Source: a virus (taxonomy: Duplodnaviria > Caudoviricetes). From it: a DNA stretch of 61,628 nucleotides. The notes below the pieces were generated by a model. It saw nothing but the letters and a program-made list of their open reading frames with translations. It searched no databases and had not been told where the DNA came from. The translations under genes were made by a program, and so were the position numbers. The DNA is taken from the IMG/VR virus record IMGVR_UViG_3300042195_000088, positions 1 to 61,628 of that record. One strand, given 5' to 3'. Shown piece after piece: positions 9,911 to 19,923 of the stretch; the stretch's first letter is position 1, and each line of letters opens with the position of its first letter.

Positions 9911-10098
9911 AGATCGTGAAGACCTCCTACCAACTTGCGGTTGGTGCATGGGGGGTTCAGCCGGGCGACTTCTGGGGCATGGATCACGAGGAATGGTGGT
10001 GGCTGTACGAGATCAAGAAGCCGCGCGATCGCCAAAACGACTATGCAGGCAATCTCACTCAATCCGATGTTGAAGAGCTATATGAGCTATTGCACTGA
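9880..10098 (+). CDS. Tail assembly chaperone -1 frameshift extension (gpT-like)
   Basis: A-run at 9880-9886; the -1 frame is open from there through ORF 9916-10098 (WGVQPGDFWGM). Confidence 0.75.
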   Translation, partial: KKRRQEVSWLEIVKTSYQLAVGAWGVQPGDFWGMDHEEWWWLYEIKKPRDRQNDYAGNLTQSDVEELYELLH

Positions 10099-12101
10099 TG
10101 GCATCCGCTAAAGCAATCGCCGCGCTACTCGTCCAGATCGGGGCCGATGTTTCTGGCCTCGAAGACGGAGCCAAGCGCGGCAACAAGTCGATGAAGTCCC
10201 TGGGCGAGCGGTCCAAGGAACTCGGCAAGGACTTGGCCGCCCTCGGTGCCACCGTTGCGGCCGCTGGTGCTGCGTTGGTGGCGGGCCTTGTAACGGCTGG
10301 CATCAGCGCAATCGACGCGCAGGCGAAGCTCTCCCGCTCCATCGGCAGCACGATTGACGGACTTCGTGGGCTGCAGCTTGCCTCGGGTGAGGCGGGCGTC
10401 AGTTCCGAAACCCTCGCCGGCAACATGCAGAAGCTCAATGCGCGGCTGGGCGAAGCTCAGCGCGGCACCGGGGAGGCGAAGAAAGCGCTCGACATGCTCG
10501 GGCTTTCCGCAGCCCTGCTCGGCCAGATGGATGCGGATCAGCGCATCGCGACGATCGCCGACCGGGTTGTGGAACTTGGCCTGTCCTCTTCCCAGACGGC
10601 GGATGTGCTGCGCAATCTCGGTATCCGCGGCGGGGAGATGGTGGATTTTCTCCGACAGGGCGGGGACGCCATCCGTGCGGCGCGCAAGGATGTGGATGAC
10701 TTCGGCCTGTCGGTGTCGGCCGTGGATGCCTCGAAGATCGAGATGGCGAACGATGCCATCGAGCGGATGAAACTGGTCATTGAGACCGTCAGCAACCGCA
10801 TGGCGATTGCATTCGCTCCGATCCTCAAAGCGCTGGCGGATCGCTTCAACACACTGGCCAAAGCCAACGGCGGATTTGGCGAGATGGCCGTGGAGGTATC
10901 CGAACGCATCATCATGGGCTTCGCCAAAGTGGCGGACGTCGTCCATATCGTTCAGATCGCGTTCAAAACTCTGCAGCTGGCCTTCGCAAAGTTCGGCGAA
11001 ATCGTCTGGACTGTGGTTGCGAGCATCGGCGAGGCATTCACGAGACTGGTGGATTTCCATACCAGCGGTGTGAATCTGATCATCCGGGGTCTCAACAAAC
11101 TGGGTGCGGGCATGGAGGAATTGCCATCGCTCAACGATTCTCAATTCATGCATGGGTTGCGAAGCGCTGCGGATACCGCAGGCGAGATCACCAATAAAAT
11201 CCAGATGGAGCTGCTGGATCTTGCGCAAGCCGATTGGCCGTCAGACAAGGTCACTGCGTTCATTTCGGAGGTGAAGAAGGCCGCGGATGAAGCAGCAAAA
11301 GCCATGGCCGCCGCTCAACCCGGCAGTGGCTCGTTCGAGTCGGAAGACGAAGGCGCGAAGAAGGACGAAGAGCGTGCGGCCAAGGAACTGGAACGGCAGC
11401 GCGAAGCGCTCGAAGCGAAGCTGCAGCAGATCCGTGAATTCGCGATGACGGAAACGGAGCTTGAAATCTTCCAGCACGAAGAGCGCATGTTGCGGCTGCA
11501 GGAAGGTTTGGAAGCTGAACTGCTGACGCGCCAGGAATATCAGACGCTTGAGGCCGCTCTGGCCGAAGAGCACCAGAAGCGATTGGCCGAGATCCGCAAG
11601 AAGGGAATGAGCGATCTCGAAAAGTTCACCAATGCCTCGTATAGCAAACAGGTCGGCATGGTCTCGGGCTATCTCGCGGACATTACTGCGGGAGTTGCCC
11701 GTGAGAACAGGGCGATGTTCGAGCTCAACAAGGCGGCCGGCATCGCCAATGCCGTTGTGGCTGCATACGAGGGCATCAGCAAGACGCTCGGGGCGTACCC
11801 GTATCCAATCAACATCGCATTGGCGGCGGCCCATGCGGCGGCGGCCTTCGCTCAGGTGAAGGCCATCGCCAGCCAGAATTTCAGCAGCGGTGGGACTGCC
11901 GCGCCGTCTCTCGCTGGCGGCACCCCCGCAACTCCCGTGACGCCCGTTTCTGGTGGAACTGCCGCCGGCGCAGGCGGGGGGTCACTGCTCACGGTCGAGG
12001 GCGTTGACCCTGACTCGCTCTTCAGCGGCCGTGCCGTACGCGCATTGGCAGACAGGCTGCAGGATCACTTACGCGACGGCGGAAGGGTGGCGTTCGCATG
12101 A
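10098..12101 (+). CDS. Tape measure protein
   Basis: 667 aa Ala-rich helical protein after the chaperones; LLVQIGADVSGL N-terminus. Confidence 0.9.
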   Translation: MASAKAIAALLVQIGADVSGLEDGAKRGNKSMKSLGERSKELGKDLAALGATVAAAGAALVAGLVTAGISAIDAQAKLSRSIGSTIDGLRGLQLASGEAGVSSETLAGNMQKLNARLGEAQRGTGEAKKALDMLGLSAALLGQMDADQRIATIADRVVELGLSSSQTADVLRNLGIRGGEMVDFLRQGGDAIRAARKDVDDFGLSVSAVDASKIEMANDAIERMKLVIETVSNRMAIAFAPILKALADRFNTLAKANGGFGEMAVEVSERIIMGFAKVADVVHIVQIAFKTLQLAFAKFGEIVWTVVASIGEAFTRLVDFHTSGVNLIIRGLNKLGAGMEELPSLNDSQFMHGLRSAADTAGEITNKIQMELLDLAQADWPSDKVTAFISEVKKAADEAAKAMAAAQPGSGSFESEDEGAKKDEERAAKELERQREALEAKLQQIREFAMTETELEIFQHEERMLRLQEGLEAELLTRQEYQTLEAALAEEHQKRLAEIRKKGMSDLEKFTNASYSKQVGMVSGYLADITAGVARENRAMFELNKAAGIANAVVAAYEGISKTLGAYPYPINIALAAAHAAAAFAQVKAIASQNFSSGGTAAPSLAGGTPATPVTPVSGGTAAGAGGGSLLTVEGVDPDSLFSGRAVRALADRLQDHLRDGGRVAFA

Positions 12102-12757
12102 GGGGGGTATTTCAGGCCACGATCGTCGATGACGACGGAAACGTCGTGTCAGAGGCGAACATCGAAGTGCGCGACGAAGTCTCGGGCGATCTGGTGCAGG
12201 TCTACGAGGAGTTCGAAGCCGGTGACACGTTGGGCAATCCGTTCACGACGGACACTGACGGATTCACGCGGTTTTACCTTGAGTCAGGCTTATATCGAGT
12301 TCGCGCCTACCTCGGCGCGTTCGAGCGCATCTGGCGCCACGTCATGATTGGCGCCGGGACGTTCCTCTCGGAGTTCATCGAAACCGGCTCGTTTACCGGA
12401 GCGCTCTCCGGAATGGATGCGACCACGGAGGGCGATATTTACTGGGAGCGAACCGGACAAAAGGTCACGCTCTATGCGCGCGCCAATCTGACTGGAACGT
12501 CGAACGACGCCGTGCTAACCCTCACTGGTATGCCAGTGGCGCTTAGGCCGGCAAATGACAAGTTTGCACATGTGTCGAACATGGTGGACAACGGAACTTT
12601 CGGCTACATCGGTCAGGCATACATAACAAGCGCAGGAGCGATCCAGTTGTATCTGATGACCGTGACCGGCTCAAGAATTGTTGCTACCAGCAGCTGGACT
12701 GGATCCGGCCAAAAGGGGTTGGGAATTGGCTGGACGCTCACGTATTCACTCGACTGA
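12098..12757 (+). CDS. Short receptor-binding/tail fibre protein
   Basis: N-terminal ~85 aa similar to the N-terminus of the 15794 tailspike; C-terminal beta domain (WERTGQKVTL...GMPVALRP) resembles fibre tips. Confidence 0.6.
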   Translation: MRGVFQATIVDDDGNVVSEANIEVRDEVSGDLVQVYEEFEAGDTLGNPFTTDTDGFTRFYLESGLYRVRAYLGAFERIWRHVMIGAGTFLSEFIETGSFTGALSGMDATTEGDIYWERTGQKVTLYARANLTGTSNDAVLTLTGMPVALRPANDKFAHVSNMVDNGTFGYIGQAYITSAGAIQLYLMTVTGSRIVATSSWTGSGQKGLGIGWTLTYSLD

Positions 12758-12760
12758 CTC

Positions 12761-13570
12761 ATGATCGTCATCAGTTCATCAGTCGTGCTGAGCCCGGTTG
12801 CGGCAGCGATCGATGCAAGAAACCCCAGGATCGGCTGGCGCAATCTCGTGACTGCCGGCAACGTATTCTCGGACGAACAAACAGACGAAGAACCGGTCGT
12901 CAACATCGCCAATCCCGCGACCTATCTCATGTGGCGCGGGGAAACTACCGCGGAACAGTCGGTGTCCGTGACGCTCGATAGCGCGCAAGACGTCAACTAC
13001 TTCGCCATCGCGAAACACAATCTGGGATCGACCGGCGCCACCATCGTCTTCCAGTCAAGCACGGATTCCGCTACGTGGGTCGATGTGACGGAGCCGCGTG
13101 TGCTGAACAGTGACTTCGTCGTCATTCACGAGTTTGACACGGTCTTCGCTCGGTACTTCCGGCTTCTGATCACACCCGGCAGCGAGCCGCCAGCCATTGC
13201 GGTGCTCTATATCGGGACAACGCTTGCTCTACAACGACGCATCTACGTCGGTCACACTCCTTTGCCCTACGGCCGCAAGACGACCATCTCGAGCGGCAGG
13301 TCCGAGAGCGGGCAGTTTCTCGGGCGGGTGATGCGACGGGAGTTTCTGGAGTCGTCCGTGGACCTTCAGAACCTCACCCCGGCGTGGTACCGCGAGCATT
13401 TGGACTTGTTCGTTCAGGCCGCCCGAACAAGGCCATTTTTCTGGGCGTGGCGTCCCTCGTCGTATCCGAACGAAACGGGATACGCGTGGCTCACCGATGA
13501 CCCGAAGGTCCAGAACTCCCGCCCGAACGGCATGATGCAGGCGTCGTTCTCCATGCAAGGCGTGCGCTAG
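12761..13570 (+). CDS. Distal tail-like protein with carbohydrate-binding (discoidin-like) insert
   Basis: Position in tail module; ARYFRLLI and PFFWAWRP segments. Confidence 0.6.
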   Translation: MIVISSSVVLSPVAAAIDARNPRIGWRNLVTAGNVFSDEQTDEEPVVNIANPATYLMWRGETTAEQSVSVTLDSAQDVNYFAIAKHNLGSTGATIVFQSSTDSATWVDVTEPRVLNSDFVVIHEFDTVFARYFRLLITPGSEPPAIAVLYIGTTLALQRRIYVGHTPLPYGRKTTISSGRSESGQFLGRVMRREFLESSVDLQNLTPAWYREHLDLFVQAARTRPFFWAWRPSSYPNETGYAWLTDDPKVQNSRPNGMMQASFSMQGVR

Positions 13571-15792
13571 TGCATGCTGAACTGCCCGTCACAATCGTCG
13601 AAATCGACATTCCCTTTTGTGACCTCAACTACGGCGTCGCGCCCTGTACTGCGCAGGTCGGCGTAACCGGTGAGCGCCGGTGCTTCAATACGATTCGCAC
13701 GTGCCAGGATCGGGCGAACTTCACCCCGTCTCCCAAGACGCTGCGCTTCTGCACGCCGACGTCGGAGCTGAATTTCACCCGGCTCGGTGAGCCCGTAGTC
13801 GTTATTCCGTCGATGCAGTCGGTATCGGTTACGCCTGCCGTGGTGAACCCGGGCGTTGACATAGGGCAACGCGAGTCCGTACGGGTGTCTTTCAAGGACC
13901 ATCCGCATTCGGATGCGGGGCTCGACAAGTATCTGTCGACCCGTCCTTACAACCCGTTCGAGCAGGGCACGTTCTGGGCGAAACTGCGTGCCAGAAATCC
14001 CTCGCTTGAGGGCTACGCCTTTCGCCTGCTACGAGGTGAGCATGGCCAGCCGCTGGAGGAGATGAAGACATACACGTATGTCGTCGACTCCATCACGGGC
14101 CAAGCTGAAACGATTAGTCTCGTTGCGAAGGATGTGTTGATCCTCGCAGACAAGAAGAAAGCACAAGCGCCACTCATCTCCAATGGAGTGCTGGCTGCTG
14201 GCATTTCTGAGTCGGACGGGTCGCTGACGCTTTCCCCCGCGGGAATCGGAAACGAGGAATACCCCGCGTCCGGGAAGGCAGCCATAGGCGGAAAAGAGGT
14301 TGTCTCGTTCACCCGCAGCGGTGACACGATGACGATCACTCGCGCGCAGAGCGGCACGGAAACTGATGAGCATGATGAAGGCGATATCGTCCAGTTGGTT
14401 TTGATCTACGACGCAGAGCAGCCCGCCAACATCATCGAAGACCTGCTCGTCAACTACACGCCCGGCATCGACCCTGCGTGGATCGATACGGACGAGTGGG
14501 ACATAGAGGTTGATCAGTTCATCGGCCGACTGTACTCGGCGGAGATCGCAGAACCCACTTCGGTCGTGGAGTTGCTGAACGAGCTCATAGAGCAGATCGG
14601 GCTCGTGTTCTGGTGGAATCCGGTGGACGTGCGGCTCGAGCTTCGGTCCCTGCGGCCTGTCAGCCCAGAGTCTCGCCTGTACACCGACGATCAGATCATC
14701 GCAGCGAGCTTCAAGGCAACGGAACAGCCGGCTCGGAGAATATCCGAGGTCTGGACGTATTACGGACTCAGGAACCCGCTGGAGCCACTGGACGAGGAAC
14801 GCAATTACAAGGCTGCGATTGCGACGTTCGATGATGAGTCGGATCAGGACTACGCGCAGCCGGCCATCAAGAAGGTGTTCTCGCGCTGGATCTTCGACAA
14901 CAACCGGCCGGCGGCGGCACGACTGAATGCAATGCTGCTGTCCCGCTACCGGGACGCACCGCGGAAACTGACCTTCTCGCTGTACTCCACCATCGATGAC
15001 GTCCCGATGCTGGGCGGTGGCTTCCGGGTGCAGTCATGGTCATTGCAGGATGACACCGGGGCGGAAATCGCGGTACCTGCACAAGTTACTTCGCTCGAGC
15101 AGAGAGACGATCGATTCGTCGTCGACGCGCAGGAGTCGATCTTCTTCTCGCAGGGCGATATCGAGACCGTCAAACTGATCTTCATCGACAACAGTGTTGC
15201 GAACGTCAACCTGCGCACGCTGCACGATCAGATCTACGCCGCCCCGCAGGAGTACGACCAGATCCGCTGCATCGTGAGCTCCGGCGCGATAGCGGGATCG
15301 TTCAACGTGGGCGATTGGCCCGACTACGTCGATATCGAAATCATCATCAACGGGCGCATGCAGGGGAGCGGCGGACGGGGCGGTGAGTTTTCTACGCCTG
15401 ATGGTCAGCCCGGCGGGACGGCGTTCTACACGCGTTACCCGGTGACCGTGACCAACAATGGCCAGATCTATGCAGGCGCTGGTGGAGGCGGTGCCGGCGG
15501 AGAACTGCTCGCGTTCACTGTCGCGAATGGCGGTGGCGGTGGCGGCGGAGCGGGATTCCTCCCGGGCGCAGGTGGCGTAGGGTCGCAAGGCAATGGCCAG
15601 CCCGGAACTCCTGATGCGGGCGGAGCGGGCGGCGGATCGGGAATATTTTTGGGTGGCGCTGGCGGTGGCCCCGGCGCTGCAGGCAGCAACACATCCATAG
15701 CAAATGGAGGGACTCCTGGAGTTGCGGTCGATGGCGAGAGCTTTATCACATGGACCTTAGAGGGTTCGATCCTTGGCGCACGAGTGAACTGA
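13570..15792 (+). CDS. Tail tip hub/central tail protein with Gly-rich C-terminus
   Basis: 740 aa; N-terminal Cys cluster (C..YGVAPC...RCFNTIRTC); Gly-rich GGGGGG repeats at the end. Confidence 0.7.
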   Translation: MHAELPVTIVEIDIPFCDLNYGVAPCTAQVGVTGERRCFNTIRTCQDRANFTPSPKTLRFCTPTSELNFTRLGEPVVVIPSMQSVSVTPAVVNPGVDIGQRESVRVSFKDHPHSDAGLDKYLSTRPYNPFEQGTFWAKLRARNPSLEGYAFRLLRGEHGQPLEEMKTYTYVVDSITGQAETISLVAKDVLILADKKKAQAPLISNGVLAAGISESDGSLTLSPAGIGNEEYPASGKAAIGGKEVVSFTRSGDTMTITRAQSGTETDEHDEGDIVQLVLIYDAEQPANIIEDLLVNYTPGIDPAWIDTDEWDIEVDQFIGRLYSAEIAEPTSVVELLNELIEQIGLVFWWNPVDVRLELRSLRPVSPESRLYTDDQIIAASFKATEQPARRISEVWTYYGLRNPLEPLDEERNYKAAIATFDDESDQDYAQPAIKKVFSRWIFDNNRPAAARLNAMLLSRYRDAPRKLTFSLYSTIDDVPMLGGGFRVQSWSLQDDTGAEIAVPAQVTSLEQRDDRFVVDAQESIFFSQGDIETVKLIFIDNSVANVNLRTLHDQIYAAPQEYDQIRCIVSSGAIAGSFNVGDWPDYVDIEIIINGRMQGSGGRGGEFSTPDGQPGGTAFYTRYPVTVTNNGQIYAGAGGGGAGGELLAFTVANGGGGGGGAGFLPGAGGVGSQGNGQPGTPDAGGAGGGSGIFLGGAGGGPGAAGSNTSIANGGTPGVAVDGESFITWTLEGSILGARVN

Positions 15793-15793
15793 T

Positions 15794-17569
15794 ATGGCAT
15801 TAGCAGCTTGGCAAAGCACTGTCGTTGACGAGAGCGGCGACGTTCAGGCGAACGCGCAGATCGAAGTGCGCGCGGAATCAAGCGGCGGCCTTGCGGCTCT
15901 GTATTCCGATCGGGACGGCCTTGTGAGCATTGGCAATCCGATCACTGCTGGCGACGATGGATTCGTTCGTTTCTACACCGCTGGAAATGCGCTGCGAATC
16001 GTTGCGACGAAAGGCGCGTTCTCGCGCACGTGGCGACACGTGTCGGTTGGGACATTGGGTGAGCGTGACACGCTTCCCGGAAGTCTTCTTGAAATTGAGA
16101 TCACCGACGCCGAGATCGCCGTCGGGGTGACGCCGGTCAACTATGCGTATGCGCCGGATGATTCCAGGCGCCAGGGCATCATCGCGGACAACGCCACCAA
16201 CAACGATGCCGCTATCGCAAGATTCTGCTCGGTGATGGCAGCGCAGGGCGGCGGTAACATGTATTTCCGCGGTGAGGACGCGATCCTCATCAACGACGAT
16301 ATCGAACTGCCGTCGAATGTCACGGTGTACTGCGAAACGTGGATCAAGCGCTCGGGTACAGGCGGGACATACGATGCCATCTTCGTGGGCGTACCGGGCG
16401 CGACGGACATTACGCTGTTCAATCCCAAGCTCGACTGCGACAGTCAGGCGGGGATGAACTGCATCATCATGCGGGCCGATAACCTGCGCTTCAAGGTCAT
16501 CGGCGGCGAGCTCAAGAATTGCGTCCACGACAAGGGCGGTAAGCTCGGTGGCCGTGCGATCAATATCGAAGCTGGTGTTACCGATCCGGACATTCCAAAG
16601 TCTTCCGTCGTCACGGGCGTCAACATTCACGACTGTTACATGGCGATCGCTCTTTCGGGCGGGGATACGCAGGAGGATGCGAATTGCGTACTCTCGGCCA
16701 TCACAGTGGAAAACTGCGAAGTCCTGATCGGGCTGTTTGGCAACGCCGCCGGCTATCCACACGACGGCGACTCGATGAGCTACATCGTCTCGGGCGTGAT
16801 CGCGCGTAATGTGGGCGCCTCGACGACCTATACCCGGGACCATGGCATCATTTGCGCCGACCGCGGCTGCAACGTGCTGCTGTCAAACATCTACGTGTTC
16901 AACGATAGTGTCTACGGCACGTCGGCCACCATCGCAGCGGTACTGTATGGCGATTTCGCCAACGTCCACGTCAGTAATTTTGTCTACGACGGCGCGGCGG
17001 CGAGCATCTACACCGGGTATGCATGGCAGGAGGCGGACTCCATCTCCGATGGTGGCCACGTCACCCAGCGCAACAAGTGGCAGATCACGGTCAACGGCAC
17101 GCTCCCCGACACGATTGTGCTGGGGATCGACACGGCGAATCGCTTCATTAACAGCGATTTGGACTTTCGCATCACGACATTGTCGAACAATCGCGCCATC
17201 ACCGGCAGCTGCGACAACAAGGTAAGCGTGTTCATGCGCCTCTATGAGGCGACGAACAACACGCTGTGGGAAGGATTTCTCAATGACTTCTCTGCCTCAT
17301 TCCAGCTTGACGACACTCAAAACAAGCGTATCCAGATAGGCGGTGTCTCGACGTTCGATAACAATGGTGTGCCCTTCACGCTCGGCTTCGACACCGCAGG
17401 TTATCAGCTCGTCAACGGCGACGAAGCTATTGGCCTTGCAATTCAGGACGGCATCAGCACGCCCGCAACGGTTGCCGGACGCGCGACGATCTACGTGGAT
17501 GGCAGCGATGGTGATCTGAAATGCCGTTTCGGCGACGGCACCATCAAAGTCATCGTCGCTGACACCTAA
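15794..17569 (+). CDS. Tailspike with parallel beta-helix (pectin-lyase-like) domain
   Basis: GIIADNATNNDAAI...GGGNMYF...IELPSNVTV entry motif followed by Asn/Ile/Val-rich beta-helix repeats. Confidence 0.75.
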   Translation: MALAAWQSTVVDESGDVQANAQIEVRAESSGGLAALYSDRDGLVSIGNPITAGDDGFVRFYTAGNALRIVATKGAFSRTWRHVSVGTLGERDTLPGSLLEIEITDAEIAVGVTPVNYAYAPDDSRRQGIIADNATNNDAAIARFCSVMAAQGGGNMYFRGEDAILINDDIELPSNVTVYCETWIKRSGTGGTYDAIFVGVPGATDITLFNPKLDCDSQAGMNCIIMRADNLRFKVIGGELKNCVHDKGGKLGGRAINIEAGVTDPDIPKSSVVTGVNIHDCYMAIALSGGDTQEDANCVLSAITVENCEVLIGLFGNAAGYPHDGDSMSYIVSGVIARNVGASTTYTRDHGIICADRGCNVLLSNIYVFNDSVYGTSATIAAVLYGDFANVHVSNFVYDGAAASIYTGYAWQEADSISDGGHVTQRNKWQITVNGTLPDTIVLGIDTANRFINSDLDFRITTLSNNRAITGSCDNKVSVFMRLYEATNNTLWEGFLNDFSASFQLDDTQNKRIQIGGVSTFDNNGVPFTLGFDTAGYQLVNGDEAIGLAIQDGISTPATVAGRATIYVDGSDGDLKCRFGDGTIKVIVADT

Positions 17570-18399
17570 TGCTTTTTGAGCACCGCACGAAGAAAGAGCC
17601 CGTCCGGCCGGCGCTCGCTGAAATCCGGAGTGGCCGGCGTGGGAACGAATCGTTTCAGCCAGGGGGCGACCCGGCGGGCGATGGCTTTCACGTGGCGCAT
17701 GAGCGTGCGACGTGCAATGGCAGGCCCTGCGGTGAACACCTCGATCGGCTCAAGCTCCACACGAGCGAGCAGCGCCCGCAAGCTTTCGGTCTCGAAGAAC
17801 GTCAGATGCGGTTCGTGAAACGCCTGAGAATGCAGTGCCGGGAGCGTGTCGTGCGGGACTTCAATCACGAGCAGGCCATGGGGCGCCAGCGCAGCGCCCG
17901 CGCGTGCCAGAAATGCATGCGGGGCGGTGACATGCTCGAGGACGTGCGATATGACGATGACGTCGTAGGGTCCGTGGAGCGGCTCGACACGAATTTCCGC
18001 GGGCAGAATACCCGCGTCGGGCTCATCTGTGGCCAATGTGGCGTGTGGGTATCGCTCGCCTATGGCGATCAGGTTGTGTCCGTATCCTGCGCCGATTTCG
18101 AAAACACTGCGCACCTGTGCGGCATGAATGCTGACGAGGTCGGCAAGCGCCAACGCACGTGCCCGGTACCAACGGCTCTCGGCTTCGGTGTCGTTCCGGC
18201 CGATGCCGCCCACACGGTATCCCTCCCGGTAGTATGCGGAGAGCTTCCCGGCATCCACCCGGGAGATATTGGCCTGCCTGAGCCCGCATTCAGTACATCG
18301 ATGGATATTGACGCCGCAATAGATGCTTTTGAATTCGGTAGACTCGAATCGATAGCGGATGGCCGGTTCCAGTTTTCCGTTACACGCTACACACGTCAT
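17566..18399 (-). CDS. Class I SAM-dependent methyltransferase (antisense moron)
   Basis: N-terminal CxxC..CxxC, VFEIGAGYG, YDVIVISHVLEH and IEVP motifs; upstream AGGGAG RBS and extended -10 TGTTATAGT on the minus strand. Confidence 0.85.
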   Translation of the reverse strand: MTCVACNGKLEPAIRYRFESTEFKSIYCGVNIHRCTECGLRQANISRVDAGKLSAYYREGYRVGGIGRNDTEAESRWYRARALALADLVSIHAAQVRSVFEIGAGYGHNLIAIGERYPHATLATDEPDAGILPAEIRVEPLHGPYDVIVISHVLEHVTAPHAFLARAGAALAPHGLLVIEVPHDTLPALHSQAFHEPHLTFFETESLRALLARVELEPIEVFTAGPAIARRTLMRHVKAIARRVAPWLKRFVPTPATPDFSERRPDGLFLRAVLKKH

Positions 18400-18446
18400 G
18401 ACGACTCCCTTTTTCGCGCAACTATAACAGGACCACTGGAGGGGCC

Positions 18447-18920
18447 GTGACGACGAATGCAGAGGAAGTGCAATTTACGGCCGGATTTGAGCGCGAGCCC
18501 GAGGTGGAAGCGCAGAAGCCCGCCTATCACGACGTCACGGTGACCGTGCTCGACAGCTGGGTAAAGAAACTCTGGCGCGCGGACGGGTTCATCAATCGCA
18601 TGCTGGACTCGCTGAGCGTGCTGGGCGGAAAGGTGCGCACGCTGGCGGATGGCCGGGGCCCGAATGATTTCGCCGAAAGCGACTTCGAGCGCGGGATGAA
18701 GGCTGGGTCGCGACTGTCATCGTCAAACAACTACGGCGGGAACAACAACACCGCAGGATCATCCAAACTCGGTTGGCTCATCACGCTCAACATCGCCATA
18801 ACGCTCGGAGTGTCGAGCTGGGTAGTCAAGACGATCATCGACTACGGCAATCGGATCGTCAGGATTGAGTGTCGGATGGACCCGCAGTGCGTGTCCGTGG
18901 TGCTCCGTGAGCAGCCGTAA
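18447..18920 (+). CDS. Hypothetical membrane protein (lysis region)
   Basis: GGAGG RBS; single C-terminal hydrophobic helix. Confidence 0.6.
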   Translation: MTTNAEEVQFTAGFEREPEVEAQKPAYHDVTVTVLDSWVKKLWRADGFINRMLDSLSVLGGKVRTLADGRGPNDFAESDFERGMKAGSRLSSSNNYGGNNNTAGSSKLGWLITLNIAITLGVSSWVVKTIIDYGNRIVRIECRMDPQCVSVVLREQP

Positions 18921-18951
18921 TATTCTGGCGCTCCAATAAGAGGAGCGCGTC

Positions 18952-19359
18952 ATGAACGAAGCACCAGAATCCTTCGCCACGACCGAAGGCACCAACGAGC
19001 CAGCCAATCTTCAGGGCTCACACGGATCATCGCACTCGCGCTCGAATGCCGAGATCCACGATCGCACCGGTCTCTACATCGCAATCCTTGCGTTGCTCGT
19101 TGCAGGTATGGCGCTCGGGTTTGAGATTTCGCGCGCAATGTCCACGAGCGAGTTTCGGCGCCTTGAAGAACGAAACGTTGAATCCAGCATTCAGGCCGCC
19201 GTATCTGATGCGCGCGCCAGTCTGCAGCAACAAGTCGCACAGACCAAGACCGACGCGGATGCAGCGCGCATCAATGCACGAGTCGCCGTTGACGAAGTCG
19301 AGCGCATGCGCACAGGGCTCGCCGCCAAGGGCATCATCATTCCCAAACCGGAGCACTGA
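18952..19359 (+). CDS. Single-TM coiled-coil protein (lysis region)
   Basis: AGGAG RBS; LYIAILALLVAGMALG helix followed by a coiled coil. Confidence 0.6.
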   Translation: MNEAPESFATTEGTNEPANLQGSHGSSHSRSNAEIHDRTGLYIAILALLVAGMALGFEISRAMSTSEFRRLEERNVESSIQAAVSDARASLQQQVAQTKTDADAARINARVAVDEVERMRTGLAAKGIIIPKPEH

Positions 19360-19364
19360 ACATC

Positions 19365-19559
19365 ATGAGTCACGGCATAATTATCATTGATTTCGTCGGC
19401 CCGATCTTCGCGGACCCTCGCGTGCGCGAAACGCTCGATGCGCAAACGTGCGCGAAGGTCGATGCCATCCTCCAGAAAGACACGCTAACCCGGCGCGACA
19501 AGCGGTGTCTTGCGCGTGCGCTGGAAGACTGGATCACACACGAGGATGACGATCACTGA
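19365..19559 (+). CDS. Hypothetical protein
   Basis: GGAG RBS; fills the gap in the operon. Confidence 0.5.
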   Translation: MSHGIIIIDFVGPIFADPRVRETLDAQTCAKVDAILQKDTLTRRDKRCLARALEDWITHEDDDH

Positions 19560-19923
19560 TGTGTCACAGGCGCAGCTACTCTCTCTCGTCGGTGCGCTCT
19601 TCACCCTGCTCGTCGCGATGGTGGCCGTCGTCTTCAACAGCCTGCGCGAGCGAATCAAGGCTCTCGAGGCCGCCAACAATGCGGCTGTCATACAGTCGCG
19701 TGTTGATGCGATTGCCGCGGATATCGCACGGCTCGAAGGTCGGTTCGATCAGAGGCAGCGAGACCGGGACAAGTTCGACTATGAGTGGCGGCACGGGGAA
19801 TACGTGGACACAATCAACTCCATAAACGTGCGGCTGCTTCCGCTGCCGACTGCCATCGAAGCGCTGAAAGAGCAGGTCGCGCGGTTGGATCGCAAAGTGT
19901 TTAACGGGCAGACGGCACGGTGA
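19546..19923 (+). CDS. Single-TM coiled-coil protein (holin/antiholin/spanin-like)
   Basis: LLSLVGALFTLLVAMVAVVF helix followed by heptad repeats. Confidence 0.55.
   Translation: MTITDVSQAQLLSLVGALFTLLVAMVAVVFNSLRERIKALEAANNAAVIQSRVDAIAADIARLEGRFDQRQRDRDKFDYEWRHGEYVDTINSINVRLLPLPTAIEALKEQVARLDRKVFNGQTAR

Noticed and set aside
10125-11228. Long minus-strand ORFs opposite structural genes (also 13-699, 1178-2173, 15878-16843)
   Set aside because: Typical high-GC antisense shadow frames of well-supported genes.
15360-15730. Gly-rich repeats as a DGR variable region
   Set aside because: No reverse transcriptase or adenine-variant template repeat seen; ordinary Gly-rich tail tip.
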